Below are positions 56,046 through 59,017 of a stretch of DNA of 59,017 nt, in pieces; within the stretch, counting starts at the first letter, position 1; each line of letters starts with the position of its first letter. The notes under the pieces are model-generated. The model saw only the letters and a list, made by a program, of their open reading frames with translations. It was not told where the DNA came from and made no database searches. Origin of the DNA: a virus. Its lineage: Duplodnaviria > Caudoviricetes. The translations under genes and the position numbers were made by a program. The stretch lies in IMG/VR virus record IMGVR_UViG_3300048576_000482, positions 1 through 59,017 of that record; one strand, written 5' to 3'.

Positions 56046-56198
56046 ATGTCAAAAGTGCTCGATTTAAAACAACTTAGTTCCGTAGAAAATAAAATAATCA
56101 GCAAAATTGGCGCCACCGATTATATCTGCAATATTATTTTTACGGATGGAAGTTGGTTGACGATTCACACCGGATTGGGTGGCGGAAAATCAGAATAA
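56046..56198 (+). CDS. Small hypothetical protein (50 aa), not in ORF track
   Basis: AGGAG RBS overlapping the parM stop; MSKVLDLKQ...GGGKSE. Confidence 0.5.
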   Translation: MSKVLDLKQLSSVENKIISKIGATDYICNIIFTDGSWLTIHTGLGGGKSE

Positions 56199-56210
56199 AA
56201 TGAGGCTCAA

Positions 56211-56651
56211 ATGATCATAACAAAATCCTTTAAATATGATACCGAACGCCACCTGGAAATACATGAGAAAATAAATTCACTCACTAAAATAGGCCGAGGC
56301 GGCGAATTCAGCGACTATGTCCGGGAACTGATTGAGAAGGATTGCCGCAAGGAGTCCACTCAATTAAGCCAATTAGCCCCCGTTGAAAACTCTTTTCCGG
56401 ACCGTGCCGAATTGGAAAAAGAACTAGAGCGTCTACGGGGTGATATGCAATTTCTAATCAGCCTAGTGAAGCAACTAAAAGTTTCCGGGGTGGCCCAGGC
56501 CGATGGAGAATCTGGCGATGGAGACTTAACAGATCAGGGATTGATTGAAATTGTTGGCGCATTCGAAGAGGCCGCGGCGAATCCGGAAGTAAAAGAAATC
56601 ACCCGGGAAGAGATTAAAAGTAAATTAAAGTCGAGGTTTAAGTTAGAGTAA
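56211..56651 (+). CDS. ParR-like RHH adaptor protein
   Basis: N-terminal TKSFKYD...FSDYVRELIEKD RHH pattern, coiled coil and tail; downstream of parM. Confidence 0.65.
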   Translation: MIITKSFKYDTERHLEIHEKINSLTKIGRGGEFSDYVRELIEKDCRKESTQLSQLAPVENSFPDRAELEKELERLRGDMQFLISLVKQLKVSGVAQADGESGDGDLTDQGLIEIVGAFEEAAANPEVKEITREEIKSKLKSRFKLE

Positions 56652-56676
56652 AAAAATAGTAGGAGCGTGATATTTA

Positions 56677-56910
56677 TTGAGTCAAGAAAAACTTACATCA
56701 TTTACATCATTAGGAAAAATTATGCTATGTCTTGGAATCCTGGTACATACCCCAGGTAATGATCGCGATTACATTCGCGGCTTGAATCCGCTTTCGTGGA
56801 TAATGATTGTCGCTTATGCGGTGATGTGGTTTATTGTCTGTCTGTTTAGCGAGAATCGGTTACAAGATTTGTTCACGAATTCTGATTTAGAAGATATCAG
56901 ATTATGGTAG
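56677..56910 (+). CDS. Small membrane protein
   Basis: AGGAG RBS; hydrophobic helix. Confidence 0.55.
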   Translation: MSQEKLTSFTSLGKIMLCLGILVHTPGNDRDYIRGLNPLSWIMIVAYAVMWFIVCLFSENRLQDLFTNSDLEDIRLW

Positions 56911-56919
56911 GAAGGATGG

Positions 56920-57138
56920 ATGATCATGTCCAGGCATAAATCACCACCCAAACCCGTTAAAATAGCCATTGCAAAACAAGATTTACCGATGTTTCCTTCT
57001 TGGTATATCAATTACCGTGGTGGCCGGGAGTATAAAATCAAGGAATTACCGCTGTCACATAGATTTGCTGCGAAAGTCCGGGATAAAAAGGGTAGGTATT
57101 TTTACTTTACCCAGGAAGAGTTGGAGCGGTTTTTTTGA
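56920..57138 (+). CDS. Hypothetical basic protein
   Basis: Operon context with RBS. Confidence 0.5.
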   Translation: MIMSRHKSPPKPVKIAIAKQDLPMFPSWYINYRGGREYKIKELPLSHRFAAKVRDKKGRYFYFTQEELERFF

Positions 57139-57191
57139 GGTGAAGGAAGTATGCGGAGATAAAGAAGCCGTAGCGGGAAAGGCGGCGTAAT

Positions 57192-57731
57192 ATGAAAGTA
57201 GGAACTAAAAGTATTCTTTTTGGAGTACATCAATTTATATGGCATCCAATAACCGTTCTTATTGCATGGTGGAAGTTATATGGCCGCCCAAATTGGCCAG
57301 AATTTGTTTGTATCATTATTCATGACTGGGGTTACTGGGGTAAGTCAAATATGGATGGCGAAGAAGGGGAAAGTCATCCAGAACTGGCCTGCTTATTAAC
57401 AAGCAAATGGTTTGGTATTAGAAGTGAATACGGAAGACTTTGTTTATTACATTCTCGCCATTATGCACGATTATCTAATCAGGAACCTTCAAAATTATGT
57501 TGGGCGGATAAATTAAGTATCAAATATGATCCATGGTGGTTTTATCTTCCCCGGGCAATTTTATCCGGTGAAATTAAGGAATATCGTAAGTCAGCAGCAG
57601 ACTCCGGCCATACCCCCATTGATAGGACGCACCGTGAATGGTTTAAATGGGTTAAGGAATACCTATCCAAGCAAGGGATAGATCAAAAATCAAGCGCAAA
57701 ATTGATTAATCGTGAACGAAAGGCCGGGTGA
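57192..57731 (+). CDS. HD-domain-like phosphohydrolase
   Basis: H...IIHDWG...H...LHS...WADK pattern. Confidence 0.6.
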   Translation: MKVGTKSILFGVHQFIWHPITVLIAWWKLYGRPNWPEFVCIIIHDWGYWGKSNMDGEEGESHPELACLLTSKWFGIRSEYGRLCLLHSRHYARLSNQEPSKLCWADKLSIKYDPWWFYLPRAILSGEIKEYRKSAADSGHTPIDRTHREWFKWVKEYLSKQGIDQKSSAKLINRERKAG

Positions 57732-58213
57732 ATAACATGATTATCGTTCCCGGAAAAATAGTTTCTCCAGTAATCGATCCATCGGTTCGATCTTTATGCT
57801 GCCGCCCATATCCGGGCCACCCAAAAGGATGCCCAAATTTTAATCATCGAGTCAATTGTCCGCCCAAGGCGCCGCTTTGGGATGAAGTCTTTGATATTAC
57901 CAAGCCTACTTATATCATTATCAATCAATTTGATTTCGGCGCCCACGTTGAACGAATGAAGCAGCTCCATCTGGATTGGAGTGACCGGCAACTTGAATGT
58001 TGTTTATACTGGCAAAATACAGACAGAAAGGAACTGCGGGCTGGGATTGCAGCGTTTAAAAAGTTACATCCGGAATACATTGTGGAGGAATGTCCAGAGG
58101 CTATGGGTATAAATGTTACCAAAACAACTAGCCAGGTTGGAGTGGAACTTGAATGGCCGCCTAAAAAGTTTGTTCATCATGTGGCGCTGGCGGGAATAAG
58201 AGATGAGGGGTGA
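57728..58213 (+). CDS. DUF2284-like metal-binding protein
   Basis: GCPNFN...CPP and PEAMGINV..T. Confidence 0.6.
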   Translation: MNNMIIVPGKIVSPVIDPSVRSLCCRPYPGHPKGCPNFNHRVNCPPKAPLWDEVFDITKPTYIIINQFDFGAHVERMKQLHLDWSDRQLECCLYWQNTDRKELRAGIAAFKKLHPEYIVEECPEAMGINVTKTTSQVGVELEWPPKKFVHHVALAGIRDEG

Positions 58214-58219
58214 ACGCAA

Positions 58220-58351
58220 ATGAATTCCGAATGTCAAAAGTGTATTTGTAAAAATTGTTCTATCAATAATACTGAATGCCGCCGATGTTGGCGAATATGT
58301 TGCGAAAATGAATTTCAGCCGAAGGATCATTGTGCGGCCAAGGAGGATTGA
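58220..58351 (+). CDS. Cys-rich micro-protein (43 aa, 9 Cys), not in ORF track
   Basis: MNSECQKCICKNC...CRRCWRICC; GAGGGG RBS; fills the gap in the operon. Confidence 0.5.
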   Translation: MNSECQKCICKNCSINNTECRRCWRICCENEFQPKDHCAAKED

Positions 58352-58356
58352 TATAA

Positions 58357-58641
58357 ATGAATTGTAACTGTCTAACTGAAATGACCCAAAAGCTTAGAGA
58401 GCATACAGGCGATCCGGAAGCTTGTTATCCAGATAGCTTTGTTACGATTACCGAAAAAATTGGCGATAAAAATAAGAACAGCATTAAAGTAGTGCCAGTA
58501 ATGACCGCTTATTACCGGGATAAAAAGCAGGACGGAACGCTTGCAAAAAGAGTCATACCTCATGAAATTAGTATTGGATACTGCCCATTTTGCGGAGTGG
58601 CGTTGTTTGATGGAGTGGTCACCAAGAAGGAGGCCAGTTAA
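58357..58641 (+). CDS. Zn-binding hypothetical protein
   Basis: MNCNC...YCPFCG; AGGAGG RBS. Confidence 0.65.
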   Translation: MNCNCLTEMTQKLREHTGDPEACYPDSFVTITEKIGDKNKNSIKVVPVMTAYYRDKKQDGTLAKRVIPHEISIGYCPFCGVALFDGVVTKKEAS

Positions 58642-58645
58642 ACCA

Positions 58646-59017
58646 ATGGACTACACCGGCATAAAATCATTCAAACTTGAACATACCCTACTCGGTTGGG
58701 AAGCTGAAATCCAGATCGATTTCAACCACCCCGAAGCCATGGGCAATATAGAAGAAATGGTTGATTATTGGACTGGTGGTCCGAAGCGATTAAGTCAAAG
58801 CCATGGCGATTATGTCCAGGCGTTTTTAAAGCAATTCGCTCCGGTGCTGTTCCATATGTCCGAGGAAATCAGTGACATAAAGGATATTATTAACGAGTTT
58901 AAAGATTGGAATACTGAAGGATTCTGTGACATGGACGGTTCACACGGGATAAAAATCATTAGCGTGGATTGCTGGCAAGCGGACGAAGATGAGTTTGATA
59001 TTAGTATGAAGGAGTGA
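58646..59017 (+). CDS. DUF2528-like hypothetical protein
   Basis: AGGAGG RBS before ATG 58646; YWTG..RL...EGFCDMDGSHGIKI. Confidence 0.6.
   Translation: MDYTGIKSFKLEHTLLGWEAEIQIDFNHPEAMGNIEEMVDYWTGGPKRLSQSHGDYVQAFLKQFAPVLFHMSEEISDIKDIINEFKDWNTEGFCDMDGSHGIKIISVDCWQADEDEFDISMKE

Larger units (their letters stand above)
1..59017. mobile_element. Temperate siphovirus-like prophage / phage genome (possibly phage-plasmid)
   Basis: Integrase, CI/Cro switch, replication, terminase, portal, capsid, tape measure, tail tip and lysis modules in canonical order. No host housekeeping genes and no att sites are visible in the window. Confidence 0.95.

Noticed and set aside
1-59017. attL/attR or terminal repeats
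   Set aside because: The window starts and ends at ORF stop codons, so no flanking sequence is available to show them

Overview
The whole window is a ~59 kb temperate siphovirus-type prophage or near-complete phage genome. Its host is probably a Bacillota (Firmicutes), judged from GGAGG RBSs, sigmaA-type promoters and a Gram-positive LexA box. Gene order is: tyrosine integrase, accessory genes and a CI/Cro switch (1-3.5 kb); an early region with structured intergenic elements, an HNH nuclease, a fused SbcD-SbcC (Mre11-Rad50), a RecD2 helicase, a primase-ATPase fusion, an iteron origin, a DnaN clamp, RuvC and Dam (3.5-25 kb); terminase, portal, head and a lambda-like (M/L/K/J) tail (25.5-47.5 kb); morons and a lysis cassette with a YkuD-motif lysin (47.5-52 kb); and a right arm with an Xis-like HTH and a ParM/ParR-like actin partition cassette (52-59 kb). 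The most striking signal is a candidate extrachromosomal-maintenance regulon in an integrase-encoding phage. It has three parts: (i) ParM/ParR-like genes plus three dispersed (AAGTAATAYT)x2 repeats; (ii) an ORF6N protein whose C-terminal half is a diverged copy of the primase-ATPase C-terminal domain; (iii) a shared ~53-bp upstream element with SpoIIID-like boxes in front of both genes. Other notable points are matched 58-aa duplications on both arms of the Rad50 coiled coil, a lipoprotein switched off by a T8 tract, a shared LLxG[VI]D leader on scaffold and capsid, and a QLSLF clamp-binding protein next to dnaN. All family assignments come from reading motifs by eye; no searches were run.
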